Positions 1-9,410 are shown, counted from the first letter of the stretch. The stretch: DNA of 64,000 nt from an uncultured Gemmatimonadales bacterium (GCA_963716255.1 OY970303.1:576001-640000), one strand, 5' to 3'. A program made the numbers and translations. Notes: generated by a model from the letters alone, not told the origin.

Positions 1-114
1 GGGGAACGCGCCGGTGCCCGCGGTGGCGCCGCCCGCACCCGTTCCGGCCGCCGCGCAGGCACCCGCCACGGCGGACGCGCCCACGGCCAGGAACAGTCCA
101 CGATGGAATCTCAT
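1..114 (-). CDS. N-terminus of a putative lipoprotein (runs off the window)
   Basis: GGAGGG RBS, then ATG at 114; MRFHRGLFLAVGASAVAGAC lipoprotein-type signal; frame open to base 1. Confidence 0.6.
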   Translation of the reverse strand, partial: MRFHRGLFLAVGASAVAGACAAAGTGAGGATAGTGAFP

Positions 115-179
115 CTCATCCCTCCGGTGATGGTGGCCGGCCTCCAGCGGGCCGGGGTTTCTCCGAGCTTTCGGACGGG

Positions 180-1352
180 TCAGTGCTCCGACGCCACGCC
201 CTCGGACAGCATTGCCCGGAAGGCGGCGAGCGGCGTCATGCCGAGCCGGCCGGCGGCCCGGACCACGTCCTCGAACTCAGGCTTGGCGCGCTCCCCGCCG
301 CCGGGGAGGGAGGAGCGCTTGACGCGGACCGGCTGGCCGCGCCACTCGACGGTCTCTTCTCGCCGGGCGAGCGCTTCCCGCCGCACGGGCCAGAAGCGGA
401 CGCCGATGGACGAGCCGCCGTGGAACAGGGCCCCCTGCACCGCCGCCAGCGCGGAGGGCGGCACGAGCGCTTCCACGCGCAGCCCGGGGCGCCCCTTCTT
501 CATCAGGACGGGGACGGCGGTGCAGTCCAGCGCGCCGGCGGCGAGCACCGCCTCCAGCAGCGGCGGCACGTACTCGGGGGACAGGTCGTCCACGTCGCAC
601 TGCACCACCAGGACCTCCTCGTCATCCCGCCGGGCGTCGGCGCGGATGGCGACCAGGCGCAGGCAGTTGGGGCGGTCCTGCGGGTCCCGCGTCCCCGCGC
701 CGAAGCCGGTGGCCTCGGCGACGAAGGTGGTGGGCGGGGCGGCCCCGGCGGTGAACGCCTGGAGCAGCGCGGCGCCGGTGGGGGTGGTGCACTCGCCCTC
801 GAACTCGGGGTCCCGCACGGGGATCCCGGTGAGCAGCTTGAGCACCGCGGGCGGGGGCACGGGGAAGTTGCCGTGCGCCATCTCCGCCCACCCCCGCCCC
901 AGCGCCACGGGGCGGGTGTAGAACTCGGTGAACCCCAGCTCGGCCGCCCCGGCCACGGACGCCAGCACGTCGATGATGGCGTCCAGCGCCCCCACCTCGT
1001 GGAAGTGCACGCGCTCGCGCGTGGTGCCGTGCACCTCCGCCTCGGCCTCGGCAAGAAGCGTGAACGCATGGATCGCGCGCTCCCGGACCTCCGCCGGCGC
1101 CTCCGTCCCCTCGATGATGCGCACCACGTGCGAGAGGTGGCGGTGGGCGTGCTCGTGCGGCAGCTCCAGGACCAGGCGCTGGCAGGCGATGCCCTTGCGC
1201 ATCACCCGCTCGGCGTCCACGCGCACCTCGGCCAGCTTCAGCCCGCGCACGAAGTCCCGGAGCCACTCCAGCGGGAGCCCCAGGTCCAGCAGGGCGGCGA
1301 TGGTCATGTCGCCGCTGATCCCGGCGAAGGGATCGAAGATCAGACCGCGCAA
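180..1352 (-). CDS. larC: Nickel pincer cofactor biosynthesis protein LarC
   Basis: GISGDM N-terminus, HEHAHRH, VHFHEVGALDAIID, ECTTPTGAA, MKKGRPG and KPEFED motifs. Confidence 0.93.
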   Translation of the reverse strand: MRGLIFDPFAGISGDMTIAALLDLGLPLEWLRDFVRGLKLAEVRVDAERVMRKGIACQRLVLELPHEHAHRHLSHVVRIIEGTEAPAEVRERAIHAFTLLAEAEAEVHGTTRERVHFHEVGALDAIIDVLASVAGAAELGFTEFYTRPVALGRGWAEMAHGNFPVPPPAVLKLLTGIPVRDPEFEGECTTPTGAALLQAFTAGAAPPTTFVAEATGFGAGTRDPQDRPNCLRLVAIRADARRDDEEVLVVQCDVDDLSPEYVPPLLEAVLAAGALDCTAVPVLMKKGRPGLRVEALVPPSALAAVQGALFHGGSSIGVRFWPVRREALARREETVEWRGQPVRVKRSSLPGGGERAKPEFEDVVRAAGRLGMTPLAAFRAMLSEGVASEH

Positions 1353-1381
1353 TTCAGCCTCTGGGGTAAACGGACGGCCGC

Positions 1382-1410
1382 AAGATAGGCCGCGCCTGGG
1401 GAATCGTCAA
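1382..1410 (-). promoter_or_regulatory. Sigma70-type promoter for larC
   Basis: TTGACG-17 bp-TATCTT on the minus strand. Confidence 0.55.
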
Positions 1411-1411
1411 A

Positions 1412-2809
1412 CTACGCCCCTTCCCCGCCGATCTCCGGGAGCGCCGCCAGCACCCGCGCGCGCCCCTGCACCATCGCCACCCCCGGCAGGTCGGGCCCGT
1501 GCTCCTCGCCGGTGAGCGCCAGCCGCACGGGGAGGAAGAGCGCCCGCCCCTTCGCCCCCGCGTCCCTTCCCCCCTCGGCGATGGCGCCCTTGACGGCGGC
1601 CTCGTCCCACTCCGGCAGCGCGGCGAGCCGCGACCGCACGGCGGCGAGGACCCGCCGCGCCTCGCCGTCCGCCAGCACGCGCTCCCGGGCCTCGCGGGCC
1701 CCGAGAGTGTCCGGCCCGAAGAAGTGCTCCAGCTGCCCGCCCGCGTCGGCGAGCACGGAGATGCGCTCGCGCAGCGCCGCCGCGACCGCGGGCATTTCCT
1801 CCTCCGCGACGGGGAAGCGCTCCCGGTCCACGAACGGCGCGAGCGCGCGGGCCAGCTCGCCGGCGGGCATCTCCTGCACGTAGCGGGAGGAGAGCCAGCG
1901 CAGCTTGTCGCGGTCGAACACGGCGTCGCTCGCCCCCACGCGGTCCAGCTCCACCTCGGCGGCCAGCCGCTCGCGCGACAGCTTCTCCTCGCCGGAGGGG
2001 GAGGACCAGGAGAGCAGCGACAGGTAGTTGAAGAGCGCCTCGGGGAGGTAGCCCTGCCGCCGGTGCTCGGCGACGGAGGTGGCGCCGTGCCGCTTGGACA
2101 GCTTCTGCCGGTCGGGCCCCAGGATCAGCGGGATGTGCGCGAACACGGGGAGCGCCTGCCCGATCGCGTGGTAGACCAGGACCTGCTTGGGCGTGTTGTT
2201 GAGGTGGTCCACGCCGCGGACGACGTGGGTGATGCGCATCTCCGCGTCGTCGACGGCCGCGGCGAAGTTGTACGTGGGCAGGCCGTCCGAGCGCAGGAGC
2301 ACGAAGTCCTCGATGTCGCTCACCGGGAAGCTCACCGTGCCGCGGATCACGTCGTCGACGACGACCTCTCCCCCGTCGGGAACCCGGAACCGCAGCGCGG
2401 CTCCCGGCGGGACGATATCCGGCGCGTCCCGGTCTGCGCAGTCGCAGCGTCGGCGGCCCTGCGCGGTCTCGTCCTGCCCGGTGGGAGGGCAGGTGCACCA
2501 GTACGCGTGGCCACCCTGGAGCAGCCGCCGCGCGTGGTCCCGGTAGAGGGGCGAGCGCTCGCTCTGCCGGTAGGGCGCGTGGGGCCCGCCCGTGTCCGGC
2601 CCCTCGTCCCAGTCCAGCCCCAGCCAGCGCAGGTCGTCCAGCAGCGCCGCTTCGGCGCCGGCGACGTTGCGCTCGCGGTCGGTGTCCTCGATGCGCAGCA
2701 CGAAGCTGCCGCCGTGGTGGCGCGCCAGCAGCCAGTTGAGGATGGCCGTGCGCGCCCCGCCGACGTGGAGGCTGCCGGTAGGGCTGGGGGCGAAGCGGGT
2801 GCGGAACAT
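1412..2809 (-). CDS. gltX: Glutamate--tRNA ligase
   Basis: RFAPSPTG, HVGG (HIGH-like), LRIEDTD, KLSKR (KMSKS-like) and a C-terminal anticodon-binding domain. Confidence 0.95.
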   Translation of the reverse strand: MFRTRFAPSPTGSLHVGGARTAILNWLLARHHGGSFVLRIEDTDRERNVAGAEAALLDDLRWLGLDWDEGPDTGGPHAPYRQSERSPLYRDHARRLLQGGHAYWCTCPPTGQDETAQGRRRCDCADRDAPDIVPPGAALRFRVPDGGEVVVDDVIRGTVSFPVSDIEDFVLLRSDGLPTYNFAAAVDDAEMRITHVVRGVDHLNNTPKQVLVYHAIGQALPVFAHIPLILGPDRQKLSKRHGATSVAEHRRQGYLPEALFNYLSLLSWSSPSGEEKLSRERLAAEVELDRVGASDAVFDRDKLRWLSSRYVQEMPAGELARALAPFVDRERFPVAEEEMPAVAAALRERISVLADAGGQLEHFFGPDTLGAREARERVLADGEARRVLAAVRSRLAALPEWDEAAVKGAIAEGGRDAGAKGRALFLPVRLALTGEEHGPDLPGVAMVQGRARVLAALPEIGGEGA

Positions 2810-2811
2810 CT

Positions 2812-2836
2812 AGGGAACAGGGTACAGGGTACAGGG
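2812..2836 (+). repeat. Short heptamer tandem repeat (AGGGWAC)n
   Basis: agggaac agggtac agggtac aggg; the same unit occurs at 24815-24842 and inverted at 34867-34896. Confidence 0.7.
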
Positions 2837-2901
2837 TTCATCGGTTCACGCGTAGCGTGAAGCGTCACAGGGAACAGCCTGCAACTGCATGGCAGTGACC
2901 C

Positions 2902-4482
2902 TCAGTGCCGGAATAGGCGGCGCCCCGTGAACACCATCGCGATGCCGTGCTCGTTCGCGGCGGCGACCACCTCCTCGTCGCGCACGGAGCCGCCGGGCTG
3001 GATCACGGCGCGGATCCCCGCCTCGGCCGCGGCGTCCACGCCGTCGCGGAAGGGGAAGAAGGCGTCCGAGGCGAGGGCGGCGCCCGCGAGGTCGAAGCCG
3101 TTGTCGCGCGCCTTGAGCACGGCGATGCGCGACGAGTCGACGCGGCTCATCTGCCCGGCGCCGATCCCCAGCGCCATGCCGCCGCGCGCCAGGAGGATGG
3201 CGTTGGACTTGACGGCGGCCACGGCGCGCCAGGCGAAGCGCAGGTCGGCCCACTCCTCGTCCGTGGGCGCGCGGTCGCCGGCGACGCGCCAGCCGTCCTC
3301 GTCGAAGTGCGTGGACAGGCGGTCCTGCGCCACGAAGCCGCCGCGCACGCGCTTGAAGTCCCACCCCTCGTCGAGCTCCCCGCCGGCGGGGAGCACGATG
3401 AGGCGCAGGTTCTTTTTCTCGCGCAGCAGGTCCAGCGCGCGCGGGGCGAAGCCGGGCGCCACGACCGCCTCCACGAAGTTGGGGCGCATCAGCACCGCCG
3501 CCTCCTCCGACACCTCCGTGCTGAAGGCGATCACCGAGCCGAAGGCGCTGGTGGGGTCGGTGGAGAGCGCCTTCCGGTACGCCTCCGGAGCGTCCGCACC
3601 CACCGCGATCCCGCACGGCGTGTCGTGCTTGATGACCGCGCAGGCGGCGAGGTCGTCGCCGCTCCACGGGGCGACGGCGAGCACCGCGGCGTCCACGTCC
3701 ACCAGGTTGTTGAAGGACAGCTCCTTGCCGTGCAGCTGCCGCATGGCCGGGAGCCCGCCCGACACGCCAGCCTCCGCGTAGAAGGCGGCGCGCTGGTCCG
3801 GGTTCTCGCCGTAACGGAGGTCCTGCACCCGGGTGAGCGACAGCGACAGGCGCGGCGGGAAGCCGTCCGTGCCCGCGTCCGCCCCGGCGGCCTCCGCCGG
3901 GTGGAGCTGCCGCCGGAGGTATCCGGCGATGGCGGCGTCGTACGACGAGGTGTGGGCGTACACCTTGGCGGCCAGCTCGCGGCGCAGCGGCAGCGTGTCC
4001 GCGGGTCCGGCATCCAGCGCGCCCAGGACGCGCCCGTAGTCGGCCGTGTCCACCACCACCCACACGCTCTCGTGGTTCTTGGCCGCGGAGCGAAGCATGG
4101 ACGGCCCGCCGATGTCGATGTTCTCGATGGCCTCGTCCACGCCCACGCCCGGCTTCGCGACGGTCTCGCGGAAGGGGTACAGGTTCACCGCCACCAGGTC
4201 GATGGGCGCGTAGCCCCGTGCCGCCATCTCCTCCAGGTCGGTGGCGTGACCGCGGCGCGCCAGCAGCCCGGCGTGCACCGCCGGGTGGAGCGTCTTCACG
4301 CGGCCGTCCATCATCTCCGGGTGGCCGGTCACCTCGGCGACCTCCACCACCTCCAGCCCCGCCTCGCGCAGCGCGCTGGCCGTGCCGCCGGTGGAGAGCA
4401 GCGTCCACCCGCGCCCGGCGAGCGCGCGGGCGAAGGGGACGAGGCCGGACTTGTCGGACACGCTGAGCAGGGCTCTGGGCAT
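2902..4482 (-). CDS. purH: Bifunctional AICAR transformylase/IMP cyclohydrolase
   Basis: RALLSVSDK, GRVKTLHP, IDIGGPSM, LRYGENP, ASDAFFPF, IQPGGS. Confidence 0.97.
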   Translation of the reverse strand: MPRALLSVSDKSGLVPFARALAGRGWTLLSTGGTASALREAGLEVVEVAEVTGHPEMMDGRVKTLHPAVHAGLLARRGHATDLEEMAARGYAPIDLVAVNLYPFRETVAKPGVGVDEAIENIDIGGPSMLRSAAKNHESVWVVVDTADYGRVLGALDAGPADTLPLRRELAAKVYAHTSSYDAAIAGYLRRQLHPAEAAGADAGTDGFPPRLSLSLTRVQDLRYGENPDQRAAFYAEAGVSGGLPAMRQLHGKELSFNNLVDVDAAVLAVAPWSGDDLAACAVIKHDTPCGIAVGADAPEAYRKALSTDPTSAFGSVIAFSTEVSEEAAVLMRPNFVEAVVAPGFAPRALDLLREKKNLRLIVLPAGGELDEGWDFKRVRGGFVAQDRLSTHFDEDGWRVAGDRAPTDEEWADLRFAWRAVAAVKSNAILLARGGMALGIGAGQMSRVDSSRIAVLKARDNGFDLAGAALASDAFFPFRDGVDAAAEAGIRAVIQPGGSVRDEEVVAAANEHGIAMVFTGRRLFRH

Positions 4483-4551
4483 TCGCTTGACCTGTCGGAG
4501 AACGCCCTCGCGGGCGACGTGGTTTCCAGCGGCGGCGGGACCGGGCGGCGC

Positions 4552-5247
4552 TCAGCCGTCCCGCGTCCCCCCGAAGACGGCGATCCCCCGGACGGACTCT
4601 TCGGCGGGCGCCGCGCGGGGCGCCAGGTCGAAGGCCACGGGGTCGGCCAGCGGCTGCACGTGCGGTGCTCCGCCGCGGGCGAGCCCTTCCACCACCAGGG
4701 GGAGGAGCCGGTGCTCCACCGCGAGCACGCGGGCGGCGAGCGCCCCGGGGGTATCGCCGGGGAGCACGGGCACCGGCCACTGCGCGATGATGGCGCCGGA
4801 GTCGTACTCCTCGCCCACGTGGTGCACCGTGGCGCCGGTGACGCGCGCGCCGGACTCGATCACGGCGCGGTGCACCCGCATCCCGTACATCCCCGCCCCG
4901 CCGAACGCGGGGAGCAGCGCCGGGTGGATGTTGACCATCCGCCCCCGGAAGCGCTCCACCACCGCCGCCGGCACGAGCTGGAGGAACCCGGCCAGCACCA
5001 CCAGCTCCACCCGGTGACGGTCCAGCTCCGCGAGCAGCGCTTCCGTGTACCCCTCGGCCCCCATCTCCCGGACCGCGAGCACGGCGACCGGGACCCCCGC
5101 GCGCTCCGCCCGCTCCAGCGCGCCGATGCCGGCGCGGCTCCCCACCACCAGCTCCACGCGCGCGACGGACGGCCCCCCGACGTTGAAGCGGTCGAGGAGC
5201 GATTGCAGGTTGGTCCCGCCGCCCGAGGCGAGGACCGCGACGCGCAT
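4552..5247 (-). CDS. purN: Phosphoribosylglycinamide formyltransferase
   Basis: VAVLASGGGTNL, NIHPALLP, GATVH, YDSGAII; start set at MRVAV, downstream of the promoter. Confidence 0.95.
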   Translation of the reverse strand: MRVAVLASGGGTNLQSLLDRFNVGGPSVARVELVVGSRAGIGALERAERAGVPVAVLAVREMGAEGYTEALLAELDRHRVELVVLAGFLQLVPAAVVERFRGRMVNIHPALLPAFGGAGMYGMRVHRAVIESGARVTGATVHHVGEEYDSGAIIAQWPVPVLPGDTPGALAARVLAVEHRLLPLVVEGLARGGAPHVQPLADPVAFDLAPRAAPAEESVRGIAVFGGTRDG

Positions 5248-5290
5248 GGGATCCGGCAGCGGCGTTCTCCGGCTGGGGTCGAGGCGGCGG

Positions 5291-5319
5291 AAGATAGACC
5301 GCGCTCCCCGAGGCGTCAA
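5291..5319 (-). promoter_or_regulatory. Sigma70-type promoter for purN-purH
   Basis: TTGACG-17 bp-TATCTT. Confidence 0.55.
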
Positions 5320-5340
5320 CCGAGCGGACGGCCGCGCAGG

Positions 5341-5379
5341 AAAGCGAAGCCGCCGCCCGGACGATCCGGACGGCGGCTG
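5341..5379 (-). terminator. Hairpin terminator downstream of element copy A
   Basis: agccgccgtccgga-tcg-tccgggcggcggct, then tcgcttt; near-identical to the hairpin at 6502-6543. Confidence 0.5.
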
Positions 5380-5385
5380 GAACCC

Positions 5386-5524
5386 GCATGAGGGATTTCG
5401 GCCCGAAGTGGCGAGACCCGGCGGGGCTGTTTCCGCCGGGGCTCGACTCCGTTACGCAGCGTTGTTTGCTGCGTTACGGAGCCGAAGCCCGACCCCGGCG
5501 CCAGCCGGGGGCACGCCCGCACCC
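5386..5524 (+). repeat. Structured intergenic repeat family 1 (Flavo-1-like ends), copy A
   Basis: GCATGAGGGATTTCGGCCC...GAAGCCCGACCCCGGCGCCAGCCGGGGGCACGCCC; conserved scaffold with two variable covarying hairpins (strand given is the GCGTGAGGGAT strand). Confidence 0.9.
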
Positions 5525-5543
5525 GGCAGTTCAACGTTTGAGG

Positions 5544-6353
5544 TCAGAAGATCCCGCCGGTGGGCGAGCAGGTGCAGGAGACTCCCGGCGGGCAGTAGCA
5601 CTCGGGCGCGCTCACACGGACGACGGCCGTACCCTTGAGGGACCCGCCGCTGAGGGTGGCGGTGATGGTCGCCTGGCCCACCGCGTCGACCGAAGGCCCG
5701 GCCTGGACGCCGGCGGCGTACGCGGTTGCGTTGTAGATGGTCGCCACGGCGGTGTTGCTGCTGGTCCAGGTCAGGCTGCGGCTGGTGATCCTGTTGCCGG
5801 CGGCGTCGTAGATCATCCCGGCGAGCTGCCTCGTGGCGCCGATCTGCAGGTCGAAGGTGGAGGGGGTGATCTCCACGCGGGCGGGATCGCCCGGCACGAC
5901 GGTGAAGTAGTAGGTGTTGGTGATCGACGCGTAGCTCACCGTCAGGGCCGTCGTCCCCGCGAGCCCGAAGCGGAGCGTCTGCGCCGGGCCCACCTGGTTC
6001 GGGTACACGATGGCCGCGATCGTGGGATCGGCCACCGACCAGGTGACGCCCCCGGACGGATAGACCCGGCAGTTGTTGGCGCCGTACACCTTGATCGTCA
6101 GCTGGACGGTCGCGCCGCTCCTGAGGGGGTTCGTGGTCCCGCCCGAGTCCAGCTCGAACCGCGTAGCCGTGCAGGGCTGGGTCTGGAAGATGGGCCCGAT
6201 GGGCTCCTTCTCGTAGTCGAAGGCCGCGCGCTCCGAAGCGGCGGTGCGCTCCACGCCGGCGGGCCCGGCGGCGTCCCCGCAGGCCGCCGCGAGGGCGACC
6301 GCGAGGGGCGCCAGGAACAGGCGCAGTGTGGCGAATCGGTCGAAGAGGGACAT
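5544..6353 (-). CDS. Lipoprotein with two bacterial Ig-like (Big_2-type) domains
   Basis: GGAGAAG RBS, LAAAC lipobox, VTWSVADPTIA and LTWTSSNTAVA Ig-like motifs, Cys-rich C-tail. Confidence 0.75.
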   Translation of the reverse strand: MSLFDRFATLRLFLAPLAVALAAACGDAAGPAGVERTAASERAAFDYEKEPIGPIFQTQPCTATRFELDSGGTTNPLRSGATVQLTIKVYGANNCRVYPSGGVTWSVADPTIAAIVYPNQVGPAQTLRFGLAGTTALTVSYASITNTYYFTVVPGDPARVEITPSTFDLQIGATRQLAGMIYDAAGNRITSRSLTWTSSNTAVATIYNATAYAAGVQAGPSVDAVGQATITATLSGGSLKGTAVVRVSAPECYCPPGVSCTCSPTGGIF

Positions 6354-6501
6354 GGACTTCTCCTGCGATGGGGTGATGCGAGGGATGCGCCGCACCCGCT
6401 GCGACGCGATTCCAAGCTCTCCCTATCCGCCTGCCGCGACAATCACTTGCGGGCGAGCCGACGGGTTCCGGGGGCGAAACGCACGTTTCCCAGGGCGGAC
6501 G

Positions 6502-6543
6502 AAAAAGAGGCAGCCGCCGCCCGGACGATCCGGACGGCAGCTG
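6502..6543 (-). terminator. Intrinsic terminator downstream of element copy B
   Basis: cagctgccgtccgga-tcg-tccgggcggcggctg followed by cctcttttt. Confidence 0.65.
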
Positions 6544-6549
6544 GGACCC

Positions 6550-6686
6550 GCGTGAGGGATTTCGGCCCGAAGGGGCGAGACCCCGCGGGCAGTTTCGCGG
6601 GGGCTCGACTCCGTTGCAGACGGTCGTTTCGTCTGCTACGGAGCCGAAGCCCGACCCCGGCGCCAGCCGGGGGCACGCCCGAACCC
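6550..6686 (+). repeat. Structured repeat family 1, copy B
   Basis: Same scaffold; variable stem gcagacg-gtcgttt-cgtctgc. Confidence 0.9.
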
Positions 6687-6716
6687 GCCCTTCCAAGCAG
6701 TTCCGCCGTAAAGAAC

Positions 6717-7379
6717 TCAGCCGAACGAGCTGCCCCCGTAGTGCGGCACCAGGAACGGGTTCGCCACCCGCTCGAACCCCACGGTGGTCTCCGGCCCGTG
6801 CCCGGAGTACAGCGCCGTCTCGTCGGGAAGCGTCAACACCTGTTCGCGGATGGACTTCATCAGCGTCTGGAAGTCGCCGCCGGGCAGGTCCGTGCGCCCG
6901 ATGGAGCCGCGGAACACCACGTCGCCCACCAGCGCGTACCCCTCGCCCACCAGCGTGACGTGCCCCGGCGCGTGCCCCGGCGTGTAGCGCACCTGCAGCT
7001 CGCACTCGCCGAAGCGCACCGGCTCCCCCGGCTCCAGGTAGCCGTCCGCGGGGGGCGGGGTCTCGGCGTACACCCCGAACATCTGCGCCTGCTGCGGCGC
7101 CGCGGCGTACATGGGCTCGGCGTCGCGGTGCAGGAGCACCGGCGCCGACGTCTCCCGCTTAGCGCGCGCGACGCCCTCCACGTGGTCCAGGTGCGTGTGC
7201 GTCAGCACGATCAGCTCGATCTGCATCTCCTGCCGCCTGGCCTCCGCCAGCGCGTCGGGGGTGGCGGCCCCGGGGTCCACCAGGATCGCCCTGCCCGTGC
7301 GCGTGCAGCTCACCAGGAACACGTTCTGGGCGAAGGGCCCGCCCGTGAAGCTGCGGACGGTGGCCTCGCCGCGGCCCAT
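6717..7379 (-). CDS. MBL-fold metallo-hydrolase (glyoxalase II-like)
   Basis: THTHLDH, TPGHAPGH, GDVVF, GRTDLPGG, SGHG. Confidence 0.9.
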   Translation of the reverse strand: MGRGEATVRSFTGGPFAQNVFLVSCTRTGRAILVDPGAATPDALAEARRQEMQIELIVLTHTHLDHVEGVARAKRETSAPVLLHRDAEPMYAAAPQQAQMFGVYAETPPPADGYLEPGEPVRFGECELQVRYTPGHAPGHVTLVGEGYALVGDVVFRGSIGRTDLPGGDFQTLMKSIREQVLTLPDETALYSGHGPETTVGFERVANPFLVPHYGGSSFG

Positions 7380-7380
7380 C

Positions 7381-7830
7381 TCAGCCACGGAGTGCCTCCA
7401 GCACCTCGTCCGCGCCGTGCGCACCCGGCGCCGCGTACACGATGCGCCCGTGCGTGTCGACCAGGAAGGTGGCGCGCGCGATCCCGCCGTTCTCCTTGAG
7501 CGTCCCGTACGCCCGGGCGATCTCCCGGTCCGCGTCCAGGATCAGCGGAAAGTCCAGGTCGTACTTGTCGCGGAAGCGCCGGTGGCTGACCATGCTCCCG
7601 TCGTTGACGCCGAAGCGCGCCACCCCCGCCGCCGCGTACTGCGCGCCCTCGTCGCGCGCCGTGCACATCTGCTTGGTGCAGCCGGGCGTGTCGTCCTTCG
7701 GGTAGAACATCAGCAGCACCGACTGCTTCCCCCGGAAGTCGTGGAGGGAGACGGTGCCGCCGTCGGTGGTCTGCGCGGTGAAGTTGGGCGCGTCCGAGCC
7801 CGCGTTCAGAAGGGTGTCCGTGGCCGACAT
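7381..7830 (-). CDS. bcp: Peroxiredoxin, BCP/PrxQ type
   Basis: FYPKDDTPGCTKQMC active-site motif; start MSATDT. Confidence 0.88.
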   Translation of the reverse strand: MSATDTLLNAGSDAPNFTAQTTDGGTVSLHDFRGKQSVLLMFYPKDDTPGCTKQMCTARDEGAQYAAAGVARFGVNDGSMVSHRRFRDKYDLDFPLILDADREIARAYGTLKENGGIARATFLVDTHGRIVYAAPGAHGADEVLEALRG

Positions 7831-8032
7831 GTGCTCGCTCCGATCGGGGTGGTTTCGTGAGTCGGTCCCGCCTGGAACTATGGCGGCAGGGCCGGGGGAT
7901 GGCAACCGACCGGCGGCGGTCCGCGCGCGCGGTCGCGCATGGTTCGCCGCTTGCGTGGTCGTGGCCCCGGACCCTGCGGCCAGACGGCCCCCCGCGGCAC
8001 GCACCCGGACGGAAGAGGCGCACTCCAGCCCC

Positions 8033-8773
8033 ATGCGCGACCAACGCGGACCCGTCACCGGCGAGTGGAGCGACCTCGCCTTCCTCAACTTCCGTGTCCA
8101 CCCGGACCTCCTCGCCCCCCACCTTCCCGCCGGCACCGAGCCGGACCGGTGGCGGGGCGAGTGCTGGCTGAGCGTCGTCGGCCTGCACGTGCGCGACCTC
8201 CGCATCGGTGGCGCCCCCGCACCGCTGCACCGCGACTTCGCCCAGGTCAACCTCCGGCTGTGCGTGCGCCGGACCGTCCGCGCCCGCGGAGGCACCCAGG
8301 TGCGCCGGGGCGCCGTCCTGATGCGCGAGTTCGTCCCCCGCCCCGCGCTGGCCGCCGCGCCCGGGCTGGCGCGCGAGGAGCCGCTGCAGCCCGCCGTCCT
8401 GCGGCGCCGCACCCTCCCCGACGCGCAGGCCGACGCCGGCGCGGTCGCCGAGTACGTGTGGGACGAGCTGATCCGCGGCGGCCGGCTGTTCGCCGAGGCC
8501 AGGGGGCCGGCCGAGCCGCTGCGGCCGGGCTCCTTCGAGGAGTGGATCGCCGAGCGCTGCTGGGGCTATTCGGGGCGCAGGGGCGGGCCGGCCGCCGAGT
8601 ACCGCCTGGAGCACCCGCGCTGGACCGTGAGGGCGGCCGCCCGCGCGCAGCTCTCCGGCAACCTGGCCGCCACCTTCGGCGAGGAGTTCGCCGACGTGCT
8701 GCACGGCGAGCCCGTGTCCGCGTTCCTGGCGAGCGGGTCCAGGGTGGTCGTGCATGCGCCGTCGCTGTTCTGA
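8033..8773 (+). CDS. YqjF/DUF2071 family protein
   Basis: WSDLAFLNF, FAQVNLR, WIAERCWGY, EHPRW resemble DUF2071. Confidence 0.75.
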   Translation: MRDQRGPVTGEWSDLAFLNFRVHPDLLAPHLPAGTEPDRWRGECWLSVVGLHVRDLRIGGAPAPLHRDFAQVNLRLCVRRTVRARGGTQVRRGAVLMREFVPRPALAAAPGLAREEPLQPAVLRRRTLPDAQADAGAVAEYVWDELIRGGRLFAEARGPAEPLRPGSFEEWIAERCWGYSGRRGGPAAEYRLEHPRWTVRAAARAQLSGNLAATFGEEFADVLHGEPVSAFLASGSRVVVHAPSLF

Positions 8774-8813
8774 ACGGCTTGTGACGGACGGATGGACGGA
8801 CGGATGGACGGCA

Positions 8814-8949
8814 GGGTTCGGGCGTGCCCCCGGCTGGCGCCGGGGTCGGGCTTCGGCTCCGTAGGGCTGCAAACGACGCAGCCCAACGGAGTCGAGCCCC
8901 GACGATACTGCTGTCGGGTCTCGCCCCTTCGGGCCGAAATCCCTCACGC
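8814..8949 (-). repeat. Structured repeat family 1, copy C
   Basis: Same scaffold inverted; stem gggctgc-aaacgac-gcagccc. Confidence 0.9.
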
Positions 8950-8980
8950 GGGGCTCGCGCTGGCGTCCGCGGGGACCCCC

Positions 8981-9050
8981 ACCCGGCTCGCTTTAGGCTC
9001 GCCACCCTCCCCCTTCATGCGGTTCACGCGAAGCGTGAAGCGCCATTCTG
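8981..9050 (+). repeat. Intergenic repeat family 3
   Basis: acccggctcgctttaggctcgccacc...ttcacgcgaagcgtgaagcgccattctg; 67/70 identical to 56301-56370 by eye; partial copy at 58770-58818. Confidence 0.8.
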
Positions 9051-9155
9051 AGCGCGCACGCGATACCTGCCGCATCCCCGGAACAGGCCGGAAAACAGCA
9101 GGGGCGGCCCCCGTCGCCGGAAGCCGCCCCCTTCTCCTCTGATCCAGCATCGCCT

Positions 9156-9410
9156 TCAGTCGTCCCACTCCGAGGTATCCGAAGCCTCCGCGGCATCGTC
9201 TCGGGCCGAGCCTTCGGCGGCGTGCGGCCGGGCGATCTCCTCGCGCGTCCGCTGCGTCTGCGTGAGGAGCCGGCGCGCGCGGGTCATCAGCGCCTCCACC
9301 TCGCGCTGCGTCTCCTGCATCTGCTCGAACGCCGCCTGCCGGTGCTGCACCGCGCGGCGCAGCTCCGCCTCCAGGGTGCTCCACTCGTCCTGCTGAAAGG
9401 GCTCGCTCAT
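9156..9410 (-). CDS. Small coiled-coil hypothetical protein (84 aa)
   Basis: GGAG RBS, MSEPFQQDEWSTLEAELRRAV..., GC3-rich codons. Confidence 0.6.
   Translation of the reverse strand: MSEPFQQDEWSTLEAELRRAVQHRQAAFEQMQETQREVEALMTRARRLLTQTQRTREEIARPHAAEGSARDDAAEASDTSEWDD

Noticed and set aside
5341..6686. Integron attC cassette
   Set aside because: No RYYYAAC/GTTRRRY core sites at the element ends and no integron integrase in the window; only the general layout is cassette-like
5388..7499. ORFs starting MRDFGPK... or containing RACPRLAPGSGFGSV (also 7310-8947, 56416-58245 and others)
   Set aside because: Translations of the non-coding repeat that run antisense to or overlap real genes
8783..8811. 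GGAC/GGAT tetranucleotide tract
   Set aside because: Short, single intergenic tract with no evidence of function
8814..8949. Hammerhead ribozyme, tRNA or riboswitch identity for family 1
   Set aside because: No CUGANGA/GAAA core, no T-loop or anticodon arm pattern, and copies lie mostly 3' of unrelated genes; other ribozyme classes cannot be excluded by eye
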